From NCBI RefSeq assembly GCF_030028105.1, contig NC_092387.1, positions 20,469,590 through 20,533,589 of the forward strand: a stretch of 64,000 nt of DNA, written 5' to 3'. Numbering within the stretch: the stretch's first letter is position 1; each line of letters starts with the position of its first letter. The notes beneath the pieces are model-generated. The model saw nothing but the letters and a program-made list of their open reading frames with translations, was not told the DNA's origin and made no database searches. Of this stretch, positions 62,726 to 64,000 are shown in pieces. This DNA comes from Mobula birostris (Eukaryota). The position numbers and the translations under genes were made by a program.

Positions 62726-63139
62726 GAGCAATCGCAGCTGTCCCGAGGGCACTATGCAGTGGGAGTGAGTTTCTGGCAGTACAGGACCTGAACCTGACAG
62801 GAATGGAAATGGGACAGCTGGTGCAGTGGTCTCAGGGAGTTGGTACATTCCAGGCTTCCATCCCTGAGCACTGCCTTGCAATAGCTTGCACTCGGACTGC
62901 ATTGGGATCCTAAGGGACTATGCATCACTCGATCTATGAAAGGTGCTTGCCTCCCTTGACACATCATGCCCTTTTGGTGGGGAGGGGAGGGGAGGTGGGA
63001 TCCTCCCATACAATGCAGAAACGTCAAAGGACTCCAGGTGGAAAATAACACATGGTGCTACAGCATCCTGGGAAATATAAAGGATCAGAGCAAAGGCTGT
63101 TAAAGGACACTTCCATTGATGAACTGATAGCAATGGCCC

Positions 63140-63620
63140 CAACAGTTCTGGTCACCTTATCACAGGAAGGATGTGAAAAGCTTTGAAAAGGTGCAGGAGA
63201 AGCTCACCTGGATTAGAGGCTAGAGCTTAGATAAAGTTGGGAGGTTTCCTTTGGAACATCAGAGAATGAGGGGAACCTTACAGAAGTTTATAAAATAGTG
63301 TAGCCAGATCTATTTTTTACTAGAAATGTCAAGTACTTGAGGAGATTAATTTGTTAAGAGGAGGAAGGATTAAAGGAGATGTGCAGGGCAGGTACTACAC
63401 AGAGAATGGCAGGTGCCTGGAATGGGCTTCCATGGGTGCTGATGGTAGCAGATATGATAGTGGCATTTAAGGGCGTAGTATATGGACACATGAAAATGCA
63501 AGCAACACAGGGATATGATTCATGTGCAAGCAGGGGGAATTTAACTTAAATTCAGCATCATGTTTGATACATGTTGTAGGCTTGTTTACATACAGTACTC
63601 TTCTATGTTGTATGACTCAT
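63140..63620 (+). mobile_element. Old CR1-clade LINE 3' fragment
   Basis: cagttctggtcacct...aggaaggatgtg (QFWSP.HRKDV) and tctatgttgtatgactc tail. Confidence 0.8.
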
Positions 63621-64000
63621 GGCCAGTGCAAAGCTCTGAAAGCTGCTCTCCACTGAGCTTCCAGACTGCATTACAAAGCTTCATCAGGTTCGGATTGATA
63701 CCTGGAATTTGCCGAAGCATGAGGAACATCTTTTGTGCTGATAGAACCAACTTGATCCTTCATAAGCACACTGATAAGTCAAAGCACAGGCACCAAAGAA
63801 TAGCTGAAATTAGCAATGGGTTGTTTGAGAACATGAGGGAGATCCAACAGATTGTGGATGGGCATTACATATGGCATTATTAAGGTAATTTATGGCCCAA
63901 ATCCTTGTGGAAAACTCCTCACCTCCTGTGATCAAAGATGGTATCATGGACAGGAAGACCATCGAAACCTGATAGAAGGATCACTTGCAAATGCAAGGAA

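Noticed and set aside
62080-62727. 215-aa Cys/Val-rich ORF
   Set aside because: Antisense to a Tx1-like remnant and made of (GT)n and PLE repeat sequence
1-64000. CRISPR arrays, operons or other prokaryotic systems
   Set aside because: The sequence is intron-rich vertebrate DNA; the recurring short motifs are dispersed transposon ends, not regularly spaced repeats

Overview
Vertebrate genomic DNA, inferred to be elasmobranch (ray/skate-like) from its HER1/CR1 LINE, HE1/V-SINE, Rex1 and Penelope repeat content. One protein-coding gene is supported. It is the 3' part of a + strand semaphorin-7A-like gene: nine GT-AG exons from 136 to 20602 with mutually consistent phases, 1406 coding nt in the window, encoding Sema-domain C-half, PSI, Ig and a GPI-type hydrophobic tail. 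Its 5' exons lie upstream of the window. The rest is dense, often nested transposable elements: CR1-clade LINEs, Rex1-like LINEs, Penelope-like elements (PLE) with GIY-YIG fragments, an RTE/BovB-like LINE, a Tx1-like remnant, Tc1/mariner and hAT MITEs, and SINEs. Most notable are the absence of the integrin-binding RGD in this SEMA7A-like protein, minimal hammerhead ribozyme motifs in many PLE terminal repeats, twin-priming-type 5' inversions in a CR1 and a BovB-like element, a BovB-like horizontal-transfer candidate, and a fold-back mariner derivative. I cannot support a wholly new biological system. Repeat boundaries were read by eye and are approximate, and family names come from recalled motifs, not database searches.
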